From IMG/VR virus record IMGVR_UViG_3300045988_117464, positions 62,738 through 126,737 of that record: a stretch of 64,000 nucleotides of DNA; one strand, 5' to 3'. The notes under the pieces are model-generated. The model ran no database searches. It saw nothing but the letters and a program-made list of their open reading frames with translations, and had not been told where the DNA came from. Position numbers and translations under genes: made by a program. The DNA is from a virus. Positions 11,866 to 23,224 of the stretch are shown piece by piece (positions within the stretch are counted from its first letter, which is position 1; every line of letters starts with the position of its first letter).

Positions 11866-12152
11866 AAACCACTCTCTCCCATCTTATGTCCTAATGGACA
11901 AATATGAAAAAGAACAGGAATTTCCATTTCCGTATATCCTTTTTCTAAATCTCCATTATACCTAATTACTTTTCGAGTTTCAATTCCACTTGAGATACAA
12001 TTACTGGTTTTATCATAATATTTATTACATTTATCACAATAAATACAATTTCGGAGCAAACTATCTCTTTGTTTTTTTAATCCTTCAATTTGCGCACTCA
12101 ATGAAATAATTGTATCATTTATAGAAATAGGAATATCATAATCATCATTCAT
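11862..12152 (-). CDS. Hypothetical zinc-ribbon protein
   Basis: CIYCDKCNKYYD...HICPLGH. Confidence 0.3.
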   Translation of the reverse strand: MNDDYDIPISINDTIISLSAQIEGLKKQRDSLLRNCIYCDKCNKYYDKTSNCISSGIETRKVIRYNGDLEKGYTEMEIPVLFHICPLGHKMGESGL

Positions 12153-13252
12153 ATAAATATCCTTTCCTTATATAATTGTAAAAATTTTTCTTTACCATCA
12201 TCAATTGGTGAATCTTTGTATTTTGTAATCATATTTTTATCAAAAATAAAAGATATAAGCACATCATTTTTAAATTTAGTTCTAATCTTTAAAAGATTTA
12301 ATTTTAAGTGTTGAAATTCTGCGTCTCCAATTTCTTGGAATTGCCTATCAAAAGCAATTATAATTTCTTGCGCACCACTATCTAATAATAATTGAATTTG
12401 ATGCGAAGAAACATTACTTCCGCAACAAGCTACTGATATATTGTTATTCCAACCGAAATCAGTAGCATATTTCAATACTGATTTTTCACTTTCAAAAATT
12501 ATTGCTTTTTTCATTATGCCAATGGCATTTTTAGACCAATTTAATCCATATAAGTTCATTCCAAGAGGATGATTATATAATTGATTATTTATTTTCATTG
12601 GTCTATATTTCCCATATAGCTCCGCCTCGTCTTTGCACATAGTGCGTCCGCGCAACCCTACAAATCTTCCACTAATATCATAATGCGGAATTGTAATTTG
12701 ATCGGCTCCTGGATAAAAACCAATACGCGCTTTATTAATTACTTCTTGAGAAATCCCCTCATCAAGCCAAGGAATTATTTTAATATTATAATTTAATCTA
12801 TTCAAAATAGAATCATCATAATCTTTTAAAATAATTTTATTATTTTTTAATTCAATCTCTTGAATACGAGAATAATTTGATAAAATTTTCCAATCATCTA
12901 AAGTTTTACCCATGTCGTCATCTTTTATCATACCTGATAAACCAAAGCGACGAGCGACCCATAAAACTGAATCATTTAAATCAAATTCTTCATCATATTG
13001 AATTTTCATTACTTTAGAACATAATTCAAAAATATCAAAAGTTGAATCACATCCTGTATAGCATTTAAATAATCCTGTATTTTCATAAAAATAAAGTTTT
13101 CTGCTACCTTCTCCAGGAGGATTATGACAAATGGTGGAAGAGAGAATCCCGAATTCTGTATATTCAGGATCTCCGCCCCATTCAATTAATAAATCATAAA
13201 TATTTTCAAGCCCAAGAGCTTGACGAATTTCTGATTTATCAAATACTATCAT
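12149..13252 (-). CDS. dnaG: DnaG-like DNA primase (CHC2 zinc finger plus TOPRIM)
   Basis: CHNPPGEGSRKLYFYENTGLFKCYTGC (CHC2 zinc finger); TOPRIM-like AIIFESEKSVL ... IIIAFDRQ. Confidence 0.7.
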   Translation of the reverse strand: MIVFDKSEIRQALGLENIYDLLIEWGGDPEYTEFGILSSTICHNPPGEGSRKLYFYENTGLFKCYTGCDSTFDIFELCSKVMKIQYDEEFDLNDSVLWVARRFGLSGMIKDDDMGKTLDDWKILSNYSRIQEIELKNNKIILKDYDDSILNRLNYNIKIIPWLDEGISQEVINKARIGFYPGADQITIPHYDISGRFVGLRGRTMCKDEAELYGKYRPMKINNQLYNHPLGMNLYGLNWSKNAIGIMKKAIIFESEKSVLKYATDFGWNNNISVACCGSNVSSHQIQLLLDSGAQEIIIAFDRQFQEIGDAEFQHLKLNLLKIRTKFKNDVLISFIFDKNMITKYKDSPIDDGKEKFLQLYKERIFI

Positions 13253-13429
13253 AAGTAATTACTTTAGAACAATTTCTCATAAGCCCACACTGTTCATTAA
13301 CATAATGGACAAGCATTTCTTGCGGACGAAGCTTAGCAAGACTGGGAACAGCTTTATAAGAACGAATAATCTCCTTAGCCATTCTATTGCTCATCTTGTA
13401 TTCAACATTACCACTCTTCATAATTTTTC

Positions 13430-14143
13430 TCCTTAATTTTAAATTAAATCATTTAATGAAATATTATCTTTATTTAAATATGAAATTCTAATTAAAGGAA
13501 TTCCATGTTCTTTACAATAATTATTTTTTAATTCATCACATTTTTGCTAATACATAATTTTTTCTTTAGTATTCCATCCTCCAATATAGTTTGTTGAATG
13601 TGTTTCTCCATCATATTCGATTAATTTTTTTACCATATTATCATCATCTAATATAGCAAAATCAAATCTTAAATAACCATTTTTAGGAGATAATAAATCA
13701 GAAAAAACGTATTCTTTTTTATAACTAATATTATTTTTCTTAAGGATATTTTCTATAATATATTCCCCTTGTGATTGTTTCAGGCAACCACAAGATATAG
13801 TAGTTTTTTGTTTTAAACTATTTGAAGATACTTCTGTAATTTTTCCACATTCACATTGGCATTCCCAAATAATGCCTCTTTCTTTAGTCCTTTTTCCGCT
13901 ATCTTTTAAAACTGTTAATTTACCAAATTTCTAGCCCACTAAATTATTTGAAATTTTTTCTTTGCGTAAACACCCACAAGATTGAGTTAAACCAGAGACT
14001 AAGTTTGCTCTTTGTATACTTTTTATTGTACCACAAGAACATTGACAAATCCAATATTGTTGTTTGGATTTTCTTTCTGTATCTAATTTCAATACCGTTA
14101 ATCTATTAAAAATTTGTCCTGTTAAATCTTTCATTAAATTCAT
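13430..14143 (-). CDS. Putative free-standing homing endonuclease (zinc-finger N-domain plus Vsr/DUF559-like RFDFAI...IEYDGETH); in-frame TAGs
   Basis: GQIFNRLTVLKLD...YWICQCSCGTIKSIQRANLVSGLTQSCGC is typical of the N-domains of phage HNH-family endonucleases. C-terminal GYLRFDFAILDDD...IEYDGETH. Confidence 0.45.
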
Positions 14144-14197
14144 CTCCTCTATTATTTTTAAATGAATAGGAGAGCATTTTAAGAAAAATTGTCCTTG

Positions 14198-14674
14198 TCA
14201 AAAAGCACTTTCTTCTTCAAGAGTAATTTTTATATCATCAATAGGAACAAGTTCATAAGCATATGTAGTACAAAACATAGGAATAATTCTACAAGTTCCT
14301 AAATCTGCTTTACACCATAAAATAACTCCTTTATACCTACCACGTCTATTTTTATAAACAGACATTTTAATAGTTGGAGTATCAAATAATTTTGTGTTTA
14401 GTATTTTTTCCAATGAAATTAAATCATCATCTTGGACATTTAAAAGAATTGATCCATAATCTACTTTATCGGCAATAGATTTTGCTCCACGCAAAAGATT
14501 CTGGTCAGGGGTTTTAGAATCAACATAATCACCGTTTAACTGTGTTGCTGACATAATAAAAACGCCATACTGATTACAGATATCTTTTAATTTGTTAGAT
14601 AGCATAAAAAGTATATTATCTTCACGAAGTTTTACTCCGCCACTACGACGAGTAATTTCTTCAAGAATTTTCAT
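14198..14674 (-). CDS. dnaB: DnaB-like replicative helicase, C-terminal part (downstream of the intron/HEG insertion)
   Basis: RRSGGVKLREDNILFMLSNKLKDICNQYGVFIMSATQLNGD...KTPDQNLLRGAKSIADKVDYGSILL matches DnaB [39 protein letters not shown]...SDLRESGSIEQDAD. Confidence 0.7.
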   Translation of the reverse strand: MKILEEITRRSGGVKLREDNILFMLSNKLKDICNQYGVFIMSATQLNGDYVDSKTPDQNLLRGAKSIADKVDYGSILLNVQDDDLISLEKILNTKLFDTPTIKMSVYKNRRGRYKGVILWCKADLGTCRIIPMFCTTYAYELVPIDDIKITLEEESAF

Positions 14675-15706
14675 GCTTGTATGAATATAGTCATGGCACG
14701 TTATTCTTATATTTCTATAAGCGCTGACTATCTCTTACCCTCTAAGTAAATAGAGAGGAAACCATTTCGGCATTTAACTCACTTCGTTTCCTAAAATGAG
14801 ACTACGTATCAATAGTAGCCCTACTTCCCCGCCCGGAAGGCCTGGGGAATAGTCGATACAGGTTATTTAGACGTTTTTCCAAGTTCTTTTATTAATTATA
14901 TCAGCAATTGTACCTTTAGATACACCATATTTTTCTGCTAATTTGTCATAAGATAAATTTGTTTTTTCTCTATCTTCTCTAATTTGTTTAACTATATTAG
15001 CAGTTAACTTAGTATGGCGCCCTTTTTGAAATACTTCTGGCATAATTAATCCATATCTTTTTCCAGTCCAAATATTTAAAAATGAATTATAATGTAATCT
15101 ATTTACATATTTCTTTTTATATATTTCAGTAGGACTTTCTTTATTTAGATATGCTTTTCTTAATTCAATAACTTCTTCCTCTGTTAATTTAGCCTAACCC
15201 CAAATTTCTTTTTTTCTATATTCTAATGTTTTTGGCTTTTTACAATTCTTTCCGCCATCTTCAACATTATATCCATTGGGGACTTTTGAATTAAATTTAT
15301 TTATATAATATATTTCAAGATTATTTAAAATCTCTACATCATCAATATCCTAAACTAAGATTTCATAAGAGAAATTTTCATAACCATATTTTCTAAAAGC
15401 CTAATGTAACAATGAATTATACTCAATACTTTTAGGATTTTTATAATTACTTTTATGACATCTAAATCTCTATTCAGGATTTATTGTTTGACCTATATAT
15501 TTTTTATTATTTATTTTATTAGTATAACAATAAATAATACCCATTTAATCACTTCCTTCATTTTTATATGAAAGAAGTCAGAAGTTATTTGACTATAATC
15601 GTCCAAATTTTCCCACGGGATTCCCATGCGTTTTCCGTTTAGGGTTCCCCGTTAGCCTATTCATTTAAATAGACCCCTAGCGATAACTAGGAAAAGTTTT
15701 TCATTA
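14675..15706 (-). mobile_element. Group I intron-like element in dnaB carrying a GIY-YIG homing endonuclease gene (boundaries approximate)
   Basis: 5' end aaaaacttttcc...ggctaacgggga...aatcccgtggga. 3' end gagactacgtatcaatagtagccctacttcc...ggggaatagtcgatacagg...cgaaatggtttcc...agatagtc, the same family as the dnaE intron 2. The upstream exon ends ...agggt, like dnaE-I2 and gyrB. Confidence 0.55.
14878..15543 (-). CDS. GIY-YIG homing endonuclease (intron-encoded), about 4 in-frame TAGs
   Basis: MGIIYCYTNKINNKKYIGQTINPE-(TAG)-RFRCHKSNY...ENFSYEILV; C-terminal HTH (KLAEKYGVSKGTIADI). Confidence 0.7.
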
Positions 15707-16771
15707 TCCCGGCACCCTTTTATTAGGGTCGAATATATATTTTACATCGTGATCTCGGATGCCTTTTTTGATTTCATTCTCGACATCCTGCAATGAAAAA
15801 TCAGGTAATTCACGGATATACAATGGACTATCTTTAAGAATTTTCGCGGCTTCTATTACTCGTTCTTTTTCATTTCCTTGATATTCATTATAAATAATAT
15901 GTTCTTCATTTACGTTAGAAAGAAAAGCAAGCATCATTGTTTGAATTTCATTTTTATCTTGCTCTGTAGTTATATATAATACTGGTTCTTGGATTCCGTT
16001 TTTAATCCAACTTCCAAAAGTATCATCATATATTTTATTACAAGCAATATAACACGAATCCGCAATCATAGAACGAGTTTTACCTACACCGGTGGCCGCG
16101 GAGCGCAAATAAAACTTTTTAAGTCTCGCACCACGAGTAACTGTATTAATTAATGGCCCATATAGAGGACTTCCTGCTATTGGATGTTGCTCTAAATCAT
16201 CAAGCAATTCAAAAATTCCATCACCTGCTTGAACCGCAACTCCCTCAACATCATTTACATATTCATATTTAATTTGTTCTATGCGGTCATCAATTAATTG
16301 TGCGATATGCTCTAATGAAGAATTATCAAGATTATCTTCTTGTAATTGTTTTTTTTCAGTATCTAAAATATTATCAGGATCATAAATAAAAGAAACATCA
16401 ATGCCATATCTGTCATAAGCACGAAGTAGAGACATTTTTTTTAAACGACCATAATAATAATCAAATGACAAAGGTTTCGCATTTTCAGAAACTTTTAATA
16501 ACCATTCTTCACCTTTATTAACTTTAAATGTGGCTTCATATTTAGGTCGAGAAGAAAGAAAATCACTAATATTTTCTAAAGTAATTTTCTAAGCTCCTAA
16601 TTCATGAATTTTATATATTGCTCCAAAAACAATTCTATGAAATTCATCAGCAAAATCTTCATCAGTTATTGTATATCTATCAGTAAAATCCAAAAGCTAA
16701 GGAGTATTATATACACACCCTATAATTTGTGTAATCGCTGTTGGGTCTACATATTTACTCGGCATTTAAGT
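15707..16771 (-). CDS. dnaB: DnaB-like replicative helicase, N-terminal part with Walker A; in-frame TAGs near 16600 and 16700
   Basis: N-domain then RSAATGVGKTRSMIA (Walker A) ... ends DVKYIFDPNKRVPG (compare DnaB IMIDYLQLMRVP). Confidence 0.65.
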
Positions 16772-16775
16772 CCTC

Positions 16776-17330
16776 CTATTCATCTAAAAATGTAAAAACT
16801 GATCTTTTTCGAGGTTCTTTTTTAGGAATAGGAATTTTTATTTCCTTTAATTTAGGAACGTAATCAATAACATTTTTATCTTTATTGGATTGTTGAATCA
16901 TCCAAAGATTATAATAATAATTGTAAGCGTCTTTATAAATAAAAGGTATAATACCAATTCCACCATTAGCTTTATTTTTATTATTTCCTTTAACCTCATA
17001 AAAATAAACTAAGGCTTTTAACATTCCAGAATATGTATATTGATATTCTCTGATATAATCATTCATTTGCTTGCGGACGCGAGCATTAATATATGATTCT
17101 CCCAATAAATTTTTTACATATTCTTCAAATTTTTCTTTATCTAAATCTTCTTTTGTTTTTACTTTTTCGGGCGGATTATGAACTTGTAAAGGAGTGTCTT
17201 CATTTTCAGCCTATTTAGCACATTCAGGGTGCGCATATCTTCGAGATTTTATTTGAACATAAGGAAACTTATCTCTATCAAAAGTCTGCTGACAATAAAT
17301 ACATTTAACTTTATGTATATAAATTACTCC
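16776..17330 (-). CDS. Hypothetical protein (N-terminal Cys pairs)
   Basis: ORF 16776..17105 extends upstream across a TAG to an ATG near 17330. Confidence 0.35.
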
Positions 17331-17423
17331 TTTCCATTACTTTATATAAATATTATACAATATTTTTAAATAAAAGTCAAACCGGAGCGACTTTTATCAC
17401 TCCGGTTATAAATTATATTTTAT

Positions 17424-18419
17424 TTACTTATTTTCCATTTGAGGAAGAAGATCATCTTTAATTTCACCAACAATTAAAGATACAAATTCTGCCTGTTCGG
17501 GAGTGGCGTCAGAAATTTTCTTACCTTTGCCCAAATATTTATCAATAATTTGAGTGATACGAGGACCAAAGAATCCAGGATTCTTATTCATCATATCTCC
17601 AGCAAGATTTTGGAATTCAGCCATAAGTGCTTCATAATCATAACTAGGAGCTTCAGGAGCAACGACCATCTTTTCATCAGTGACAAATTTACCACCATTG
17701 TCAGCCGCTTCCTTATCAATAGCCTCATGAATGGCGTTAATAAGACTATCATAGTTCATAGGAATTTCGCTCTCAATATACTTAAAACGACCGCCACAGT
17801 CGATAAGGTCATTACCAGAACGAAGAGTTAGGACAGACATTTGGCCTGCTGCTTTTTGATGAGCATACCCGTAAACATCAGCCATACCGGTGATAATAGT
17901 GCGAGTGGATTGAGAAAGATTTGGTCTTACTGCCACAACCTCAGTGCCATCAGGACGAGTTACAGTTTGTTCTTTTTCATGTCCGATAAAGAAAACAGCA
18001 TATCCAAGACGAGTTAAACCTCTAAAGACTTCATTAAATTCATCTTTAAACTTAGACCAGCCCTTACCATAACCAAGATCTCCAAGAGATTCAATTTGAT
18101 TTTGATTACAAATATATTTCTCACAATACTTAGCAGCTTCGTCAATAGTATCTACAATAATAGCATTATACATTGCCTTTACTTCTGGACGCTTCAAATC
18201 ACGATAGACTTGCTTCATTTCTGCCCAAGAAGTAATGTCCGCGGCCATAACACCGGGAAGGCAGTTATAACCTTGCTCAAAAGCTAAAAGCAAAGAATTC
18301 GGCATTTGAGTCGCCAAAGTAGTCTTACCTGTCTTGGGCTTGCCATAAATAAAAGTAATATAACCAGAAAGATCTTTACTTACCTTATGAGGTTGAATTT
18401 TAGTTAAATCAATAGCCAT
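17424..18419 (-). CDS. AAA_24-family ATPase (Sak4-like recombination/replication protein)
   Basis: YGKPKTGKTTLA Walker A ... IVDTIDE; typical phage AAA_24 architecture. Higher-GC codon usage. Confidence 0.6.
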   Translation of the reverse strand: MAIDLTKIQPHKVSKDLSGYITFIYGKPKTGKTTLATQMPNSLLLAFEQGYNCLPGVMAADITSWAEMKQVYRDLKRPEVKAMYNAIIVDTIDEAAKYCEKYICNQNQIESLGDLGYGKGWSKFKDEFNEVFRGLTRLGYAVFFIGHEKEQTVTRPDGTEVVAVRPNLSQSTRTIITGMADVYGYAHQKAAGQMSVLTLRSGNDLIDCGGRFKYIESEIPMNYDSLINAIHEAIDKEAADNGGKFVTDEKMVVAPEAPSYDYEALMAEFQNLAGDMMNKNPGFFGPRITQIIDKYLGKGKKISDATPEQAEFVSLIVGEIKDDLLPQMENK

Positions 18420-18566
18420 TATGTTATTTCTCCTTATTTGTTTTAATTATTATCTCTTTAAGTATTTCTTCTAAATTCAGTATATTACAAAAATCATCAT
18501 ATAAATTAACTTTAGCGCGATGACCTCTTATTGTGAGGTCATCGCTATTTAATGGCTAATTCATGA

Positions 18567-19514
18567 TTAGAATTTAAAGCCTTCCGTAGCAGTTGATGCA
18601 ACAGTAGTAGCAGTAGTGGCATTCTGCTTAGAAGCTTTATATTCATCTTGACGCTGCTTCAAAGTAGCAAGATAAGTCTCACGTGCGGCCATAGCTTCAG
18701 TAAGCTCTTTTGCAGTGATAGAACTTTCATCATCCCAAACATAAGGCTCCTTTGCGCCACCGGTAATGACAAAATCCTTACGAGTGCTCTGAACTTCACG
18801 AACATTATCGTCACCGAACGCAGACTCTTCACGAATCTCGCGCTTAATTACTTCAGATACCTGACGACCCCAAAGCTTTGTGAATACAGGCTCAGAAGGA
18901 GAAGCTCCAAGACCCTCATAATAAGCCATAGCTCCAGGATTAGTGGCTGTAAACTCAACAGGAAGTAAAGACTTGCGGAAATCAAAAATTGCTCCCTTAA
19001 CAATTACCTTTTCAGGGATATTATGCTCTTCATCAGCATCAACATGAGTCACATTGGTGATAATCATATCACACTTAAAAGTATTGCGCTGCTTTTCATC
19101 ATCAATAAGAGTGGTAGTAGTATGAACAAATCCGCCCTCATTGCGCTTAGTGCTTACAAGCTCTTCCTTGCCGTTACGATCAGAATAAAATTCATTAAGA
19201 CCAATTGCGGAATCTACACGAAGCTTAGCAGCTTTATCTTCTCCATCAGCCATATAATTACCGATTGTACCATCAATAATATTCTGAAGAATACTATATG
19301 TAGCATTAGGAGTGCCCTTAGTAGTAGTTTGAGTTACATAAGTAAAATGAACCTGGACGATATTAGTAAGAGCATTATCAGTAGCAATACTAATAGTACC
19401 AGAAATAAAAGGAGTGCCGGGGTTCTTAGAATTTGGTCCGGTTACCTTATTTTCCAAAGCATGTTCGTACAAGATACCTTCAATATGAGTAGTATTTTCC
19501 ATTACTTTCTTCAT
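18567..19514 (-). CDS. Putative ssDNA-binding protein (DUF2815-like), adjacent to the AAA_24 ATPase
   Basis: The call rests on the conserved neighbourhood (AAA_24 plus DUF2815 in phage replication modules) and size; no diagnostic motif seen. Confidence 0.3.
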   Translation of the reverse strand: MKKVMENTTHIEGILYEHALENKVTGPNSKNPGTPFISGTISIATDNALTNIVQVHFTYVTQTTTKGTPNATYSILQNIIDGTIGNYMADGEDKAAKLRVDSAIGLNEFYSDRNGKEELVSTKRNEGGFVHTTTTLIDDEKQRNTFKCDMIITNVTHVDADEEHNIPEKVIVKGAIFDFRKSLLPVEFTATNPGAMAYYEGLGASPSEPVFTKLWGRQVSEVIKREIREESAFGDDNVREVQSTRKDFVITGGAKEPYVWDDESSITAKELTEAMAARETYLATLKQRQDEYKASKQNATTATTVASTATEGFKF

Positions 19515-19528
19515 AAATAAATTTCTCC

Positions 19529-19906
19529 TTAATTAAATAAATTCAATAAATTAATATTTTTTCCTTTTTCTGTTAAAGTATAAATAATTGGATCTTGACT
19601 AACTTTTTCTACGAAACCATCAGATACTAATTTGCGCATGGAACCCGCAACTCCACGGCTAGACACACCGAGATATTCGGCAATTTCTCTTGATTTAACA
19701 AGAGGAATATCTTTATTATTATCTTGCATCCATTTAATAATGGCTTTTCCGCCCTCAGTAAATAGAGGCTTTTCAGTTTCTTCTTTAGCTTTTAACGCTT
19801 CCCAATAGATACTAGCATCTTCACTCATTACTACTGGATAGCGGTTTTCATTAGTGGCAACAATTAATTCTTCAACATAATCAATAAATGCTTGTTTCTT
19901 ACTCAT
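19529..19906 (-). CDS. Winged-helix transcriptional regulator
   Basis: SREIAEYLGVSSRGVAGSMRKLVSDGFVEK HTH. Confidence 0.5.
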   Translation of the reverse strand: MSKKQAFIDYVEELIVATNENRYPVVMSEDASIYWEALKAKEETEKPLFTEGGKAIIKWMQDNNKDIPLVKSREIAEYLGVSSRGVAGSMRKLVSDGFVEKVSQDPIIYTLTEKGKNINLLNLFN

Positions 19907-20067
19907 TTTAAAAAGTTTATAACCTTTCTTTATCTTATATAAATATTATATAATATTTATTTAGAAAAATCAAGTTATGATTAATTTACCAATAGTTCTT
20001 CCGCATAAGGAAGAGTTTCAATCCATTTACAGAACTCTCTCCATTCGGGAAGACGATGGTTTTTTCT

Positions 20068-20643
20068 CTAAATATATATGTTTCTTAAACATCTATAATT
20101 AGTAGTTAATCTTGCGGTAAGCAAAAATCCAGCAGGATTAGAGTATAGAATTTCAAGATATTTTTCTTTTCTAATCTCTTCTAACTGCTCAAGCATTTTA
20201 ATTTTCTCATTTTTATTTTCAGTTTCACAATGCTTAATTCTATCAATAATACTTAAAAGTTCATTATAAATATCAACTTTCTCACGCATTATCTCAATGA
20301 TTCTTGGATCAACATATTCATTATATTGTTCATTTAAATCAAATTTAGTAATGCAATGCATTGTGGATTGTGAAGATACAAATTCAAGGAATCTATATCT
20401 TTCTGCTTCGACCCAAGCCTTATTGGAAAAAGTTAAATCAAAATTAACTCTAATACCAGTTAAAAATTGTGCATGAGCCATATTACCACTTTTTGTGGCA
20501 GATACAAGATTCTAACATCTTGTCATATCTTTATCATTAATTGGGTGTTGCTCGGTATCCGTTCTCATTGGATATCCAGAAGCAACCATACTTTCTGGTA
20601 AGTCATAGACTCTTACATTACTGACGATTTTATTATTTTTCAT
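20068..20643 (-). CDS. Hypothetical protein (in-frame TAG near 20515)
   Basis: ORF 20068..20481 extends upstream across a TAG to an ATG near 20643. Confidence 0.35.
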
Positions 20644-20645
20644 AA

Positions 20646-20921
20646 TCAATCCTCATTACTTAAAGTATATCCGCTTAGATTATGCCCAAGAGAACGAACA
20701 AAACAATCAAGTTCATCAATGAATACCATACTGCCTTTTGGATAATTCCCATTTATATAATCATAATATGAAATAAAATTAATTCCAATAATTCCATATC
20801 CTTCTGACTTAATTCTCATAGCATCAGGATTAGAACAAGCAATAATAGCATTTTTCTCTTTGGCTAACAGTATTAATCTACTCGTTTTTCCTGTTCCACG
20901 TTTATCAATTATTCTATACAT
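20646..20921 (-). CDS. Small P-loop protein
   Basis: DKRGTGKTSRL Walker A-like. Confidence 0.35.
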   Translation of the reverse strand: MYRIIDKRGTGKTSRLILLAKEKNAIIACSNPDAMRIKSEGYGIIGINFISYYDYINGNYPKGSMVFIDELDCFVRSLGHNLSGYTLSNED

Positions 20922-21199
20922 TATTTTATACTATACCCAAATTCCTTAGCTTTAAAATAGTCTTGCCAATAATCTTCTCGCATGTCTAACTCTTCACGAG
21001 AACATTCTTCTATTACTTCAAAACTAAAATTTTCTACTCCAATAGCTAACATAGCAGGATAAAGTTTATTGCGCGTGGCAGGTTCTGCACCAATTCCGCG
21101 TTTAATATGTTGTTTCCAACGGTCAGCAATATTGCAAATTATTTTATAATTTTGACTATCTTTTACTGTTAAAATTTTAACAGGAAACCATTTCGGCAT
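20921..21199 (-). CDS. GIY-YIG domain protein, 3' exon region (DRWKQH...NFSFEVIEE); the first codons are probably intronic
   Basis: ADRWKQHIKRGIG...KLYPAMLAIGVENFSFEVIEECSREELDMREDYW is the C-terminal half of a GIY-YIG catalytic domain. The N-terminal half lies at 22350..22577. Confidence 0.55.
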   Translation of the reverse strand: MPKWFPVKILTVKDSQNYKIICNIADRWKQHIKRGIGAEPATRNKLYPAMLAIGVENFSFEVIEECSREELDMREDYWQDYFKAKEFGYSIK

Positions 21200-22351
21200 T
21201 TAAAGGACTTCATCTCTTAAAATCCTACTACGTATCAATAGTAGCCCTACTCCCCTGTCCAGAAGACCGAGGGGATAGTCGATACAGGTTCTTTGATTAA
21301 CGTGCTGGATAATCATAATTTTTTATAAGATATGACTCTCCTTTATTAATTTTACTAACTGTATCACGATGTATATTATATTTAATACCAATATCAGACA
21401 TTGATTTAGAACTATTTCTTAAATCTGATAAAATATTTTTTACTTCTTCAATAGTAAAATTCTGATTATTCCTAACATTTTTATTTCTAATAGGATAAAT
21501 ATAATTACCATTTTCTTTAAATAAAGTTCCTTGATTAATTGCTCTAATTACCTTTAAAGGGACTTTATACTTTTGAACTAAATCTGTTTCAATCTATAAA
21601 TCCCAACGATACAATAAATCTTCCTTTAAATTTAATAATTCCTATTCATTAAGAAAATAATCTAAAATATTATCTTTTTTCGCAAAATCATGATTATTTT
21701 GTCTTAATGGATATGAAAGATTTGGATTAAAATATGTATTTCCTTGAGATATATTCAAAATAGTATTTTGACTAACTTGATATAAATTAGCAATATCTTT
21801 ATAAGATAATTTAGTATTATTTATTAACAAATTTATAATTTCATTTAGTTGCTATTCATTGAATTTAGAATTACAATTTTCTATTCCTCGTTTGCCAGAA
21901 ACATTTCCATTTTTTAATATATTATATCCTATTGTTTTATCTGTAGCATTATAAAAATTAATCCATTTATCTTCTATCTCATCAAGCTATAAAATATCAG
22001 AGACCTATTCTAATATTTCAATTGTAGCTTGGTGTTTTTTTAAAGCCTAATCACAAATTTGAATATTTTTATGATTATGTTCATTGGCTCTAGACTAAAT
22101 ATTTAAAGCCTAACCAATATAAATTTTACCATTATCATAATTAATTTTATAAATACCACAAATTTTTAAATTGTCATTAATGTTAGTAATCATTGTTGCT
22201 TCCACCGTCCTTCTATATATTTTTAATTTTTATGGAGGATGGATTAATCAAAGTTTCCCACGGGATTGATTAAAGTTAATTTTCCCCGTTAGCCGGCCAT
22301 TTCCAAATTTTGGTAATTGACAGACCCCACTGATTAGTGGAAAAGTTTTTC
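21136..22351 (-). mobile_element. Group I intron-like element splitting a GIY-YIG-domain gene and itself carrying a GIY-YIG homing endonuclease (boundaries approximate)
   Basis: 5' end tgaaaaacttttccactaatcagtggggtctg...ggctaacgggga...aatcccgtggga is near-identical to the dnaB element. 3' end actacgtatcaatagtagccctactcccctgtccagaagaccgaggggatagtcgatacagg...cgaaatggtttcc...agtaaaagatagtc. Confidence 0.55.
21300..22197 (-). CDS. GIY-YIG homing endonuclease with C-terminal HTH modules; at least 6 in-frame TAGs
   Basis: MITNINDNLKICGIYKIINYDNGKIYIG-(TAG)-ALNI-(TAG)-SRANEHNH...; HTH LSYKDIANLYQVSQNTILNI and SMSDIGIKYNIHRDTVSKI. Confidence 0.7.
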
Positions 22352-22577
22352 ACCGGCCAGTATTGACCGCTTGACCCACATAACACATTTGATTTTCTAA
22401 ATTAGTAATTTTATAAATTCCTGTATGGATTCCTGAGCCAATTACTCGACCAATCAAATCTGTAGTTGGTTTTTCATAATAGCTTTTCCAAATTACTTTA
22501 TTTAAAATATCTTTATCACGAAGTCTTGGTTCAATAGAACGAAGAAGACTAATTTCATCAATATCTATTTGAGGCAA
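22350..22577 (-). CDS. GIY-YIG domain protein, 5' exon (…TGIYKITNLENQMCYVGQAVNTGR, TGA stop at the intron border)
   Basis: GIYKITNLENQMCYVGQA is the GIY-YIG N-terminal motif. Confidence 0.55.
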   Translation of the reverse strand: MPQIDIDEISLLRSIEPRLRDKDILNKVIWKSYYEKPTTDLIGRVIGSGIHTGIYKITNLENQMCYVGQAVNTGR

Positions 22578-23168
22578 CTATAATTTATAGAAATCAGCTT
22601 GGTTTTTAATTTCTTCGGCACGCTTTGCAGCATCAACTGCGGCCGCGACTTCTCTACTATGTAATTGAATTTCTTCATCTAATTTATTTAATTCTTCTTT
22701 TTTAGAATCAATTAAATTAGATAATTCTAAAGAACAATCAACAAGAGTTGATTGATATTCATTTTCATATTCTTCTTTAGCTTTTGTATATTTAAATTCT
22801 TGTTTATTTAAATCATATTCAAGACGAACGCGAGCATTTTCCATTGATTGTTGATAAAAAATGTCCGCTGATTGTTTTGCTTGATTCTATAAAGAATTTA
22901 AGCTATTTTCAACTTCGTCTCTCTTGGACTAAAGAATATTTAGATTATTTTCTACTTCTTCTTTTCTAGAAGTAATACTTTTTACTGCCGTTGATAATAT
23001 TGTATACTAATCATCTAAATCTGAATTTTTAGATTCAAGCTCTTTATTTTGTTTTACTATTTCTTCATTGAGCTTTTGGATGTTATTTAGTCGTGGACGT
23101 AAAATAAAATATATTAAAAATCCACCAACAATAAACGCCAGTATAGCAATTATTAAAGTAAGCATAAA
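22578..23168 (-). CDS. Membrane-anchored coiled-coil protein (N-terminal TM; about 3 in-frame TAGs)
   Basis: MLTLIIAILAFIVGGFLIYFIL then heptad-rich sequence; the C-terminal ORF 22578..22844 is joined upstream across TAG codons. Confidence 0.45.
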
Positions 23169-23224
23169 TACTTAAAAAAGAAGGGGCAGATATTAAATAT
23201 CTACCCCTTAATAATCTATATTAA

